A stretch of 40,577 nt of DNA. Source: Squatina squatina (lineage: Eukaryota). Under the pieces are notes generated by a model. The model worked only from the letters and a program-made list of their open reading frames with translations, made no database searches and was not told the origin of the DNA. Shown piece after piece: positions 12,300 through 24,766 of the stretch; the stretch's first letter is position 1; each line of letters opens with the position of its first letter. The stretch is from positions 15,020,547 to 15,061,123 of the forward strand of contig JARFOE010000100.1 in the NCBI GenBank assembly GCA_031763465.1, written 5' to 3'. Both the position numbers and the translations under genes were made by a program.

Positions 12300-12863
12300 G
12301 CTACAGTGGAAGATCCCGTCTATTTTAATGGTCGGGCCTCCTCTGAATCTCGCCAGCCCCCTGCCCACATGAAAGGGTGCGAGAATGCAGTTTGCTGGTT
12401 TGTCCAGAGGCCAGCAGGACGGTGGTCAATTGGGCGGTGGGGGTGGATTTAGGAAGGTTTTGCGGGGCAAAAGGAGAGAATCTGGGGTGGCTGGTGGCAG
12501 TCCAAAATTTATTTTTGTGGCCAGGAGGAGCATGCCTGCTCCTCTGGATCCCAGAAAAATAAGTTTTACACTTACCAGACAGGGCTTCTGCTGGGTGTTG
12601 CCCAGGTTTTACTGAGAGGAGCAGCGGTGGTAGATATTCCGCTCAGTAGGCAGTTACAATAAAGTCGGGTTCCTACCTGAGCAACAGGACTCTGATTTGC
12701 ATATATTTATGGTTCCCGCCTGAGATAGGCAGGTGCCTCAACCACCCAAGAAAATGGCGGCGTTAATATAGCCACGGGGTGAGAAATGAGTGGTAAGTGT
12801 ACTGCTTGATTTTTAATTCCCACTCCGCACAGCTTCCAAGTGGCGGGAGTTAAAATTCCCCCT
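12300..12863. mobile_element. Probable non-autonomous DNA transposon remnant (possibly Harbinger-type)
   Basis: GC/CpG-richer island in AT-rich DNA, ending abruptly in gcgggagttaaaattccccc. A similar terminus (aatttctcccc) ends the island at 9294-9480. No left TIR found. Confidence 0.4.
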
Positions 12864-15156
12864 TTAGTACCTGGCAATCAGTGGCAGATTGCCACTCGGT
12901 AAATTGGCAAAAGTTAGGTCATAAACATTCAGCTAGCATGTCATCGTGTATCAATTGCGTGGAATATCCTTACTCTGTCCCCGTGATATTTGTTGCCAAT
13001 GTAAAAATAGGAGAAAAATAAAACTGAATTGCCTCAGCAGTGGCATGAAGTTTATTGTAACATATTGTCATATCCTGTTGCTGAAATATAATCTGCATTG
13101 AACTGCAGGGAAATTCTTAGATGTATAGGAAGATGATACTTTTAAGTAGATTGATTAAGCAGAGCAACTGACTGAAAATTAAAAAGAAGTTGTAGAATTC
13201 AATACATCTTAGATGCCTCCAGTTTCAGTTTATACTGTAAATATAAAATAGCAGAATTTGAAAGGATTTATTACTTTATCTTTGTTCAAGCTTTAAAAAC
13301 TATTTTTTGTTAGATGTATATTCTCATATGTTCCTTCTGCGAATTAAACTATTTTGCCAACAAAGGGTAGTTTGTCTTCTATAAAGCCACAGGCTGTATT
13401 TTATTAAATTGAAATCTTCTCATGATGATTTCAAACTGCATGTCGTCTTTCCCTTAATTATAGACAGAAAAAGAAAGGAAATGAGTTCCAACATGATCAC
13501 GCACAAAGGCCAAAGGTCCACATGCACAGTCAGTGAGAAGACTCCCCTGGATATTGGAATTCCCACATTATTAGTCCATGTTAGCTTTTTAACTATACCT
13601 CATTTCTAGATACAAATTTGGGTCTGTTGTGACTAGTGATGGAAGAACTATTCATCAGACTGTCTATATTAGATTTAATTGAAAATGATAGACTGTTACT
13701 AATGCTGAACAGTTTTAATGTCAGTTCTGGCCACCCTCTACTTGTGGATAGCTGCAGTCCAGCTAAACCAAGTGGAAACAAAGATTTTGGGGTCCCAATT
13801 GGTTAGCGCCACGTTGGCAGCACTAGCTGCCAGTAAAAGGATTTGTTAGTGCTGGTTTCAGGGTCCTGCAAAATAATGAAACATTGGTTTCTTAGAAAAA
13901 AATTCAGTGGTGGCGCTGATCAGTTCACGTGTGGCTCCAACAGGGAGAAGCAATCTGAACTGGGCCAATTCCACAAGCTGTGTNNNNNNNNNNNNNNNNN
14001 NNNNNNNNNNNNNNNNNNNNNNNNNNNNNNNNNNNNNNNNNNNNNNNNNNNNNNNNNNNNNNNNNNNNNNNNNNNNNNNNNNNATAAGTAGATCAATGAA
14101 AGTTAAATGATAATAAGGTGAAATTGACCTTCGCCAGTCGCATGAAACAGGCTTACAGCCAATCAGCAATCCGTTTTACACTGTGCCCGACTTTGTAGCC
14201 AATCGGCAGCCCATTTTACACCTCGCCCAATTTCAAATTAGTTATAAAGAGTAATGCGACTAATATGGACACCCTCTTTGGGACCATATGGTAAATTTTG
14301 TTAAATCCTTCATTCAAGTTTCTGTTTTCTTAACATTCTTATTAATAAAAGCTCTGCACCATACGGTTTTAATAATGAAGAGGAAGCTGCAATACAAAGA
14401 GTAAATTGATCTTTTAATCCTGCAGATGTATGTGTGATGCGGCTTCCTCGTAAGGCTGGGGCTGATTAGTGCAGACTGGGCAGATGGCCGTTTCTGTGTA
14501 CAGTATGGGTACAATTTAATCTTTGTCATGCAGGTCACAGTGCGCAAACCAACAAAGGAAAAAAGCAGTCTAAGTCTGTCCAAAATAAAATATTTCTTAG
14601 CTGGGATGAGGAGGGAAGGGTTGCCCGCCTCCTCCATGAGGAAATGATATCTTCATCTGTTCTGTGTTTGCAACAAAACCCATGCACCCTGAAGCAACAT
14701 TCTCTAAGTAGGGGGTATAACCTTCACCAATTCCCTACTTTGTTCTGGCTTAAAAGATGACAAATTCAACATTACTAATTTGGATTAACTCTCCAGTTAC
14801 TTGTTTTAACTGGTGTGATCTGTACTTTTCCAACATCACACAATATCGTCTGCTGTTAAAGTTCCATGATGCAAAATGCACTTTTCACCACACAATGCAA
14901 ATCTGGTGCTCCCAGTATAGACTGGGCTGGTGCAGAAAAGGATAGCTTTGTCAACTGCATTCCCTCTCCCCAAGAAAAGCAGTAACCTTGGGGTTGAAAA
15001 TAAACTTTTGGGCTCTGCTACAAATGCAAAAACAATAACTTTCAAAGTATGTGATGNNNNNNNNNNNNNNNNNNNNNNNNNNNNNNNNNNNNNNNNNNNN
15101 NNNNNNNNNNNNNNNNNNNNNNNNNNNNNNNNNNNNNNNNNNNNNNNNNNNNNNNN

Positions 15157-15232
15157 GGACAACCCTCCTCCTCTGGACCGTCTCCACCAGAACCTCCAGT
15201 GCCACGTCCGAGTACCTGTGCTCCCTCTCACA
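15157..15232 (-). mobile_element. PIF/Harbinger Myb/SANT-like DNA-binding gene 5' fragment
   Basis: Peptide EREHRYSDVALEVLVETVQRRRVV resembles the R..RFSD..LE.L...V..RR..L start of Harbinger Myb-like proteins. Truncated by an N gap. Confidence 0.6.
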
Positions 15233-15456
15233 CGGTCCAACCAGCACACTCCTTCAGTGGAAGTGGGTGAATGGAGCCGAAATATACCGTTCCATGGAAA
15301 TTACATTTAATCAGCGCTTGAGTGCGAAACCTGCAGATAGTTTGTTTATTATCTCCAGGCAAGTTTCAGCTAATGGTAATCAACAATTTGGACCAAAACT
15401 GCGTGCTAAAACACGACGTTCAAACAGGCCTGCCTTATCAGCACAGCACACATTTA

Positions 15457-15553
15457 CAACACAACAACAACTTGTATTTATAAAGTGCCTTTAATGTAGG
15501 AAAACGTCCCAAGGTGTTTTACAGGACTGTTATAAGACAAAAAATTTGACACC
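15457..15553 (-). mobile_element. L2-clade LINE extreme 3' end
   Basis: caacaacaacttgtatttataaagtgcctttaatgtaggaaaacgtcccaaggtg is the reverse complement of the tail seen at 31394-31480. Confidence 0.7.
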
Positions 15554-17489
15554 TGTGTTCACCCTTTCCCCAAAATAACCCCCACCATTTCCTCGAAATA
15601 ACCATGAGCAAAGCCCTGGGCGATTCACTACTGAACTACAAATATGTTTTGAAACCCAAACAAAGGGCTCTTTTTTCTGGATATGAATTTTAAAAACTAT
15701 GACTATTGATGAAAAGGTGTTGGGGGGAGAAAAGGTGCTCAGAGAAGAATGCAGGCACAGGACTGTGCCGGTATACGGCAGCCAACCAAGGCTTGGGTGG
15801 GGTGGCTCTTGTAGGTCTCACCGGCATAGACTGTTGTGAGCGTCATTGGTCAGTCCTTGTACCAGTGGCTATTTATCCAGCCGTTTGGGACAGGGGTCTG
15901 TCCTCTGTCCTGCTCCCCTAATATTTCACACAAATTGGCACTTGTGTGCAGGCTAACATGTACTGACAGCTTAACATTGTGGCTTTGTTCACAATGTCCA
16001 AATGATGCCAAGCCAGTGGATTTCATTTTATTAAACACAGTTCATCCTTCAGGGCATTTGAAATTAAGAAAACTCATTTACAGCATGCTTCACAATTTGA
16101 CATTGCCCATTGATTTTCATAACAGCACACAATGCTCAAAGAATTGTTATATAACTAATATCCTGATGCTTTAAGCAACCGTTCTGATGTGTGGGAGGAT
16201 ATTCTGGGCTTTGACTCCTGCTGAGGTGTGTGGTATCATCATATGCTGCCTGAAATCTGCAGCTCCATCTGCACAAAGAATCTGACCTAATTCAGACTCA
16301 GTGCTGGCACAGGATGTGTTCAAAACCATTGAAGAACAGCTTTGGTCTACTGTGCAGTGCGATGCTGGCTCTCTCGCAGATTTGCTTCTGTGCATCACAA
16401 ACTAACTGATGCAACAAATGACTGAATTCCAGGAAAAATGTCTCGACAATGAAACTTAAAAGAACCATTCAAATTTCAGTCAGTACATTGTGTGTGTGAT
16501 ATGTGTGTGTGTGTGTAGGGGGTGGGAAAGAGGGATTCAATTAAGATTGTAAGCCTGCGGAATTGGATGATGCAGTAGATTAGATCACTCTCCTTTCACC
16601 TTTAGGATTTGAATTATATACCCATCCAGCTTGATATCAGCGTCCTTTAAGGGTACTGTACAAGGTATGACTAAATTGGCAAATTTGAACTCATTTCCAA
16701 GTGACCACAAGCCCACAGTACCAAACTGCATCACATTTAGCACATATTGAAAATCCCACTCAGAAAGCCCATAAGGATGCGTGTTATAGGAAATGGAAAA
16801 TTTGCACTGGTGGAGCAGGGGGCAGGGAGCATTGGGCAAAGTGGAAGCTGCTTTATTTTAAGGGAGGTTGTGCTGCTATATATGATCTGGAAGTGCTTGA
16901 TACAGCGGGTACTGTGAGCCTCAGAGTATCCCATCCAGCCCTCCTAAATCAGATATAGGACTGATTCAAACAAAGGAGTGACAGCAGAAACCCCTCTCCC
17001 TTTACAAGATAATTGTTTAATTTTATTCCTTTGTTTTCAGTTGCCATTTTCTAATTTTTTGACCAGCATTTGGAGGTTACTACATGATTTACAGAGCTAC
17101 CTCCATGACTACCTCCCTCTGCTGGTTAGATATGCCATGTCGTATGGCCTTAAACATGCTAACCGACACAATGAAGGCGCCTCTCCTGTAATCACTCAGG
17201 GACACTTCTTACTGAGGAAATCCAGTTTGGTTAAAAAAAAAAGACCGTGGCAGTAAATAGAAATAGAAAGAATTACAAAAAAATCTAATCCCATTAAAGT
17301 GAAGTCAACCACTTCTAGAGATCATGAGGTTGTCCCTTATATCCCACTAGAGGCTGAGTTCAGTAGCCATATTCTAGCAGAATTGGGCACCTTAGTTGAC
17401 TATTAGTTGTCGAGCAACTCCATCCCGGATGTATACCAGGTGGGAAATAAAGCTTCCATTTCAGCAGCTCTTTCTCCCTGCCCAATAGT

Positions 17490-17689
17490 TACCTCACTGT
17501 AGAGTTCTGGGGTATGGATGGCTGAGCCTTAAGGAAGGATATTCTTGCCATAGAGGGAGTGCAACGAAGATTCACCAGACTGATGGCAAGATTGTCCTGT
17601 GAGGGCAGAGTGAGTAGATTAGGCTTATATTCTCTAGAGTTTAGAAGAATGAGAGGTGATCTCATTGAAACATACAAAATTCTTAGAGG
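17490..17689 (+). mobile_element. CR1-clade LINE ORF2 C-terminal fragment
   Basis: Peptide QRRFTRL...RLGLYSLEFRRMRGDLIETYKILR. Confidence 0.92.
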
Positions 17690-17789
17690 NNNNNNNNNNN
17701 NNNNNNNNNNNNNNNNNNNNNNNNNNNNNNNNNNNNNNNNNNNNNNNNNNNNNNNNNNNNNNNNNNNNNNNNNNNNNNNNNNNNNNNNN

Positions 17790-18488
17790 TCCACATCATC
17801 CTCATCCACATCATCCTCATCATCATCATCATCCTCATTCTCTTCCTCATCCACATCATCATCATCCTCATCCACATCATCATCCACATCATCCTCATCC
17901 ACATCCTCATCCACATCATCCTCATCATCAGCATCATCATCCACATCATCCTCATCCTCATCATCATCATCCACATCATCATCATCATCATCCTCAACCT
18001 NNNNNNNNNNNNNNNNNNNNNNNNNNNNNNNNNNNNNNNNNNNNNNNNNNNNNNNNNNNNNNNNNNNNNNNNNNNNNNNNNNNNNNNNNNNNNNNNNNNN
18101 NNNNNNNNNNNNNNNNNNNNNNNNNNNNNNNNNNNNNNNNNNNNNNNNNNNNNNNNNNNNNNNNNNNNNNNNNNNNNNNNNNNNNNNNNNNNNNNNNNNN
18201 NNNNCATCATCCTCATCATCATCATCATCCAAATCATCCTCATCATCCTCATCTACATCATCCTCATCATCATCATCATCCTCATCCTTATCCTCATCCT
18301 CATCCACATCATCCTCATCCACATCATCCTCATCATCATCATCATCCTCATTCTCTTCCTCATCCACATCATCATCATCNNNNNNNNNNNNNNNNNNNNN
18401 NNNNNNNNNNNNNNNNNNNNNNNNNNNNNNNNNNNNNNNNNNNNNNNNNNNNNNNNNNNNNNNNNNNNNNNNNNNNNNNCCATCATCC
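17790..18488. repeat. Degenerate (CAT/CCT)n trinucleotide-derived repeat, broken by gaps
   Basis: Almost entirely tca/tcc/aca triplets, which generates the poly-D/E, poly-S, poly-H and poly-M ORFs in the track. Confidence 0.95.
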
Positions 18489-18489
18489 C

Positions 18490-18700
18490 TTTCGTCATTT
18501 AATCACTCCTGTCGTTCAACCAATCACAGGCCTTCCATTTTGTTCATTCCCTGTCTCTGTACTTGATTTAAACCTGTTACATCTCTAACTTTTTCCAGTT
18601 CTGATGGAAGTTCATTGACCTGAAACGTTAACTCTGTTTCTCTCTCCAAAGGTGCTGTCTGACCTGCTGAGTATTTCCAGCATTTTCTGTTTTTATTTCT
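18490..18700 (+). mobile_element. Penelope-like element 3' end
   Basis: Reverse-complement similarity to 21270-21420, which lies directly downstream of a GIY-YIG ORF. Confidence 0.85.
18597..18633 (+). ncRNA. Degenerate minimal type I hammerhead ribozyme motif in a Penelope terminus
   Basis: AGTT-CTGATGG-A-AGTTC-ATT-GACCT-GAAA-CGTT-AACT. Stem I is AGTT/AACT and stem III is the palindrome ACGT. One core substitution and one stem II mismatch. Confidence 0.55.
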
Positions 18701-19704
18701 AAATAACTCACTTACTCTTCTCCTACAATCTCCTACTTTGTTTTGATGCGACAAAATAACCTAACTAGTAGTTACAGGAACTATGCTGTCACATCTTAAA
18801 AGTATGCAAATCTCAGTTGAAGGGCAACACTTGTGGCTAACAGTAAGCTTTTCAAAATTGGTCAGATGTCAAGCCAGAAATAGCACAATGCTTAGAAGTC
18901 CTGGAGTGTTCTCACATTCTGAATTTCACATGTAACTTATCTTTCAATAGATCTTATCCTTCCGGAAAGTTGAACCTGCTGTTTTCAAATATTTGCTTTG
19001 TAGGCCTACATAAACTTAACTCTAACATGTTAAGAATCTCAGTTTACACATTCAGTTCATACCATAGCTGTTTAATCAAGTTCAAAGCATCTTGTTTGCA
19101 CTACTGACTGGAAAGCCTGTCACATGTGATTAAGATCCTTTTAAAGAATTGGCTTTGTTAATTTTATTGGCACTTGGATAGGAGTACAGTCATCGCCACT
19201 TAAAACGTGCATGTCTAAAATGGACAGTTGCTGTATCGGCCAAAAAGCGCTAACCATTATCCATCTGCATTACCGTCAATTTCAACGTTGCCGGTTAAAG
19301 CGTCTTAAGTGCCCTGTTTATTTTATGCAGAAACGGCTGTGCTTACTCACTAGTTCGCTCAACCAAGCAATAATCAGCCCGCCACACTGGCACTAGTCAC
19401 ATTGGATCAAAATAGAACAGGAGTTTTAGTTGCTGAGTGATTGAAGGAGTGAATANNNNNNNNNNACAATCAGTATTAAAGCGGTGGAGCTACATACACA
19501 GGCACCGCTGGAAATTGATGTTGATGCAAATGGAGAGCGTGCATGAAATACAGAGCCTCCAAGATTCCAACTGTTCTGTGAGATCAAATTTTGACGGGTA
19601 TGTTTTACATGCTTAGACTTTTTACACTACTGACACTAAATATTCTTTAATGTGATTTGAGCCTACGGTGACGGTAATGCTGTCTGTCAAAGTGGATGCC
19701 AGAT

Positions 19705-19938
19705 ACGATTACATAGAATTACATAGAATATGCAGCACAGAAACAGGCCATTCGGCCCAACCAGTCCATGCCAGCATTCATGCTCCACTCAAGCCTCCTC
19801 CCGTCCTTCCTCAGCTAGCTCTATCAGCATATCTCTCAATTCCCTTCTCCCTCATAATCTTATCTAGCTTCCCCTTAAAAGAAACCTATATTATTCGTCT
19901 CAACTACTCCCTGTAGTAGCGAGTTCCACATTCTCAGC
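19705..19938 (-). mobile_element. CR1-clade LINE 3' end
   Basis: Tandem tail (attacataga)2 followed by cacagaaacaggccattcggccca. The far end gagttccacattc is the reverse complement of WNS codons. Confidence 0.8.
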
Positions 19939-21239
19939 NNNNNNNNNNNNNNNNNNNNNNNNNNNNNNNNNNNNNNNNNNNNNNNNNNNNNNNNNNNNNN
20001 NNNNNNNNNNNNNNNNNNNNNNNNNNNNNNNNNNNNNNTTTTAAATGCCCTAACTAAAAGGATGATTTTTCTATTTTGAAATGACTTGGTGTGCCTCTTC
20101 AGTTGGTTTCAACGCTGGTGAGGATTTTCCTGGGAGTCAGCGACATCACAGTCCCAGCAGCTTGGCTGGCAAGTGTGACCTGCAGCTAAGAGTTACACAA
20201 CGTGATGGAGAGGAGGCTGCACTACAGTGCGACAGTTTCTGCCACCATCACCATATATAGATAACACTCTGCTTAACCTGGTATCGGTGCTGGACTGCAC
20301 ATCATTCCTTTTATAACTAGATGGAAAGTATATATATTTTTTAAATGGTATCAATCGACACACAACAAAAAAACAGAAAAACTGTGCTGGTATTGATTGC
20401 TCCTCAGCCTTGGATCAGATGTTACCCGGCCTTTTCTACTGGGAGACTACATGGGCTGATGTTACATGACGCAACTGCACGGGCGTAACACAATATGTTT
20501 GTAAGCGCTTGCCGCGGCTAATGATGCCACTGAAAAATTGACTCACTCCATCCCCTAATGGATGCTCCGATTATGGCCTGGGCTGAGATCTGTGGATGTG
20601 ATTCGAACTGACTTTGACAGAGTCAAACAAAAGCAGTGAGACATCTGATCCCGAGAACAAGTTGAAGCCTGCATTTAGTCCGATATTTAAACCGCCCGTT
20701 GGTCGCCCTGGGCCTAAATCCCTGCATTTATATATTTATGACATGCTGATCTATTGATGGTATCTGGCTGGCTGCTGGTGATGTCACTGGGCATCAAAAC
20801 ATCAGTTTCTGTTTGTAATAGTTAATGTGGGAGCTCATGAAATAGTAATAATCACAGCAAAATCTTTCACTGCTTTTTAAAATCTTCCTGATCAGATGCG
20901 GCTAGCAGAATCACGACACCATTGTCTTATTTTAATTCTACTGTGGTATTATCTCCTTTCATAAGCTTATTGCCTCATGTTCCATTTTAGCTGGGGGTAT
21001 AGTAGAGTCTTACTGTGCCACTGTGTCTCCTGCCTCATACTTAGTCACTGGAGCTGGATATATCTTCCAGTTCACTGTGTCTTCATGCTTCCCCCAGCCT
21101 GCACTCACACAAAGATATGTTGCTCTGTGCTTGTGAACTGTTCCCATTATATAACCATCCCAAGGAAGTGAACTCGATAAATCTGCTCCAAAAAAATCCA
21201 ATTATAGTTGAAAATGGGTGAAAGAAAATCTATTACTTC

Positions 21240-21935
21240 AATACAAAAGCAAAATACTGCGGATACTAGAAATCTGAAATACAAACAGAAAATACTGGAA
21301 ATACTCAGCAGCTCAGGCAGCATCTGTGAAGAGAGAAACAGAGTTTCAGGTCGATGACCTTTCATCAGAACTGGAAAAAGTTAGAGATGTAACAGGTTTT
21401 TAAGCAAGTGCAGGGGCAGGGAAAGGAGGAAAGAACAGAAGGGTGGAAGGCAGGAGACAAAAATGACAAAAAGGATGATGGTACAAGGTGAAAGGAGATG
21501 ATAATGGGACAAGTAAGGAAATAAAAGATGGGTTCAGNNNNNNNNNNCTGCTGTCCGAAAAAATGGGGGCAGAGGTGATGATCTGAAATGGTTGAACTCA
21601 GTGTTGAGCCCAGAAGACTCTAAAGTGCCTAATAGAAAGATGAGGTGCTGTTCCTCAAGCTTATATTGAGCTCCATTGGAACAGTGGAAGAGGCCAAGGA
21701 CAGAGAGGTCAGAGTGGGAGTGACCCAGTGAATTAAAGTGACAGGCGACCGGAAGTTCGGGGTCACGCTTGTGGACTGAACGGAGGTGTTCCGCAAAGCG
21801 GTGACCGAATCTGCGTTTGGTCTCCCCAGTGTAGAGGAGGCCGCATCGTGAGCAGCGAATACAGTATACTAAATTGTAGGAAGTATAAGTAAATCGCTGT
21901 CTCACCTGGAAGGAGTGTTTGATGTCCTGGATGAT
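21240..21935 (-). mobile_element. Penelope-like retroelement fragment: GIY-YIG endonuclease plus 3' region
   Basis: Peptide NLVYCIRCSRCGLLYTGETKRRFGHRFAEH...PVACHFN...KLEEQHLIFLLGTLESSGLN has the GIY-YIG motif with the Cys/His zinc-finger residues diagnostic of PLEs. Confidence 0.95.
21341..21372 (-). ncRNA. Hammerhead ribozyme core with the cleavage site deleted
   Basis: Minus strand reads AGTT-CTGATGA-A-AGGTC-ATC-GACCT-GAAA-CTC. Core and 5-bp stem II are intact, but it lacks the 6 nt GTTAAC present in the 18597 copy. Confidence 0.55.
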
Positions 21936-24678
21936 CGCTGAGCTGTTTTTTGAGATGCCGTTGAGGTCAGTGGTACTCAAACCTATTTTGTTGGCTTTGA
22001 CCCAAGATTGCCACTTGGTAAGTTTCTGTGGCAAGACAACCAGTTGTTTGCATCTAACCTTTGTGTTTTTGGTGACTATTTTAAGTTTCCTTTCTGGTCT
22101 CCACTATAATCACTCCAGCGTCAAGCACGATAAGAGCTGAAGGCAGATTGAGACTGTAAACAAGTTTTCTGCTTCCAGCCTGGGCGATAAATACTTCTGC
22201 CCTGCCAATCTTTTATGCCTGGGTGCTGAAGAGGGAAACCTACTCTATAAATTTATTGCCAATTGTGCTGAACTTTAGGCAACTTTGAGTNNNNNNNNNN
22301 NNNNNNNNNNNNNNNNNNNNNNNNNNNNNNNNNNNNNNNNNNNNNNNNNNNNNNNNNNNNNNNNNNNNNNNNNNNNNNNNNNNNNNNNNNCTGATCTAAA
22401 GTTTCACATATTTTCCAAGTACACGACACATTTTTCAGAAGTATATGTCCCAGATGGCGTGCCTTGGCAACAATAAATACCTCCACTCTGCGAACTGTGA
22501 AATTTTTTCTCTTTATAATTCAACTTGTGGAATGGTGTCAGATTGCAAATCAAATGGAGCCTTCGCAGCCTCTTCATCCAATGGTATTTTGTGTTCCTGA
22601 ATGTGCATTAGATGACTTTGACAAGTTAAACTGAACAGAATAAACTGATTTAAATGCACCTCATAAAACTGGATCATTTGGGAGATGCATTACAGCCTCA
22701 ACGCTTCCTCTGCCAGGTTGTAGATCAATGGGTTCATGACTACAATCGCCAATATGTTGAGTTCTGGCTGTCTGCCATGTCATAGCAATGACCAGAGACC
22801 AGGCATTTCTTAGTGAGACAGTCCTGGGTCTAAGTATTTGGAATAAAATGGTGGATATAAGCTTTTGAAAATGGAGCAAAAGACAGTGTGGCAATGAACT
22901 TCTGTTTCTACATGTCTTCAGCACACTTTGCAAAGCTCTATCATATCTAACCTATACAATATACTTAAAACAGTAACCTCAAAATCTATTTTGTGCCAGT
23001 TTTGCTCCTGAATGCAGTACTTCTGCCTGAGGACCTTTACCAGCACCGACCCCGTTGTATCAGTTCGCTTGCATGCACACTAATATTGGCTGAGCACAAC
23101 TTCAGTGTAACAGAGGAGCACCACACTGGAGGAAAAACGGGAATTGCAGGCACACGCCTTGAAAGAGCCTAGAATGACTGGAAAATGTAGAAGCAAGTTG
23201 GAGGAGGGAGGAGCAGGTATGTCGTGAATATTTGGCCAGACTGAGGTAGCTGCCAGGTATGTGTAGTAGATGGCTCAGGTGAGATTTTGGGATATTTTTA
23301 AACAATGTCTTCAAAAGTGGAGGGACTGGCATAGGCACGCAGAAAAGAGAGTAGGGCATTGGAAGGAGGCTGAAAAGAAGAGCCCAAAAGTTTTAACAAG
23401 ATACTCCAGGATGAAATGTAACAAAGCAAAGGCTGCTGGGTGCTTATGGGAGCTCGCTTCAGAGAGGTGTCTCACCTGCCATGTGCAGGGAGGTGGCACT
23501 GAGTGTAGTACTGTAGAGCAGTGCCGGAAANNNNNNNNNNNNNNNNNNNNNNNNNNNNNNNNNNNNNNNNNNNNNNNNNNNNNNNNNNNNNNNNNNNNNN
23601 NNNNNNNNNNNNNNNNNNNNNNNNNNNNNNGTGAATGAGTGGATTTGGCACTTAAACAGCGTAGCAGTTAATAAAGCTAGTTACCCTCACTGGAGAGGAG
23701 ACTTGGGAATGGGGTGGGGGTGGAGAAGCAAACAATTTAAGAGTCTTCATACAATAGGTAGCGGGGAGAACAGCATTCAAACCGAGGCCCCGAACCTCTG
23801 TGTGCCACTCCCTTCTATTTACCTTTGCTTCCTGTCAGTACTCCAAATGAAGGCTGGTTGGACAGTGGAATTGCTGGGCTGAAGGAGGGGAATACAGTGG
23901 CCTACATTTAGATTTGAATAGTGACCCATGGGTACTTGCAACAAGTGTGACTCTCCAATGCCGTCAAGTCCAGGGACTCGCCCTGCTTGATATTCCGGAT
24001 TGCTGTCAAGGGTGGGAGATCTGTGTCTGCCATTTATGGGACTCTTATCAACATCAAGTGCCGCTAATGTTTAATGCATCCTGCGGAGTGTGGAGCCTGA
24101 GCTTTTTAAATGGGACCAACAATAGACCAGGTCAAGAAGGTCTAATTATCTTGGCAGTGATTGAAAGTTTAACGGTGCCTCCCTTCACTTCAACTGCTTC
24201 AGAGAGCTGAGAGCACATTGTTTGGAAGGAAAAGCTTCCCTTGCGTGACTTGGGGCTGTATTTACATTATTTGCTGGCAATTTCTTTTCGTATTGGAGCA
24301 GCAATAGAACAAAGCAGTCATTAATTGTGAGGGATGTTTACCAGCACTAATGGCGTTGCACAGGGGGAAATGTATTGTGCTTTTATAGAATGTGGTATTT
24401 GGAAAAAAAACATAGACTGGATTACCCAGTGTGATTAGCCAGGGAACAAAGATAAGTTGGCAAAAATGTAGATTCTGTTTCGCTATTATGTGTGGAAAAT
24501 TGGAGGCATTTGCAGCGTCTGGCGAGGTTATCAGGACTGTCGGTGGGCACTGTGGTTCTTTACAAACTTATAAGCGCTNNNNNNNNNNNNNNNNNNNNNN
24601 NNNNNNNNNNNNNNNNNNNNNNNNNNNNNNNNNNNNNNNNNNNNNNNNNNNNNNNNNNNNNNNNNNNNNNNNNNNNNN

Positions 24679-24766
24679 ATCACCACCTGTTCAAGGGCAA
24701 CTTGGGATGGGCAATTACCGCTGGTCTTGCCAGCGACGCCCACATCCCAGGAACAAATTTTTTAAG
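24679..24766 (+). mobile_element. LINE 3' terminal fragment (same family as 26880-26981)
   Basis: caccacctgttcaagggcaacttgggatgggcaat...gccagcgacgcccacatccca is nearly the reverse complement of 26880-26965. Confidence 0.75.

Noticed and set aside
13420-13520. C/D snoRNA suggested by an ATGATGA C box
   Set aside because: No CTGA D box or terminal stem at a suitable distance.
17489-18588. Long poly-D/E, poly-S, poly-H and poly-M ORFs
   Set aside because: By-products of a CAT/CCT triplet repeat plus N gaps, fused to CR1 and Penelope sequence. No splice signals or domain.
20103-20260. Candidate exon after cctcttcag (GFNAGEDFPGSQRHH...)
   Set aside because: Weak acceptor, no recognisable homology and no supporting neighbour exon.
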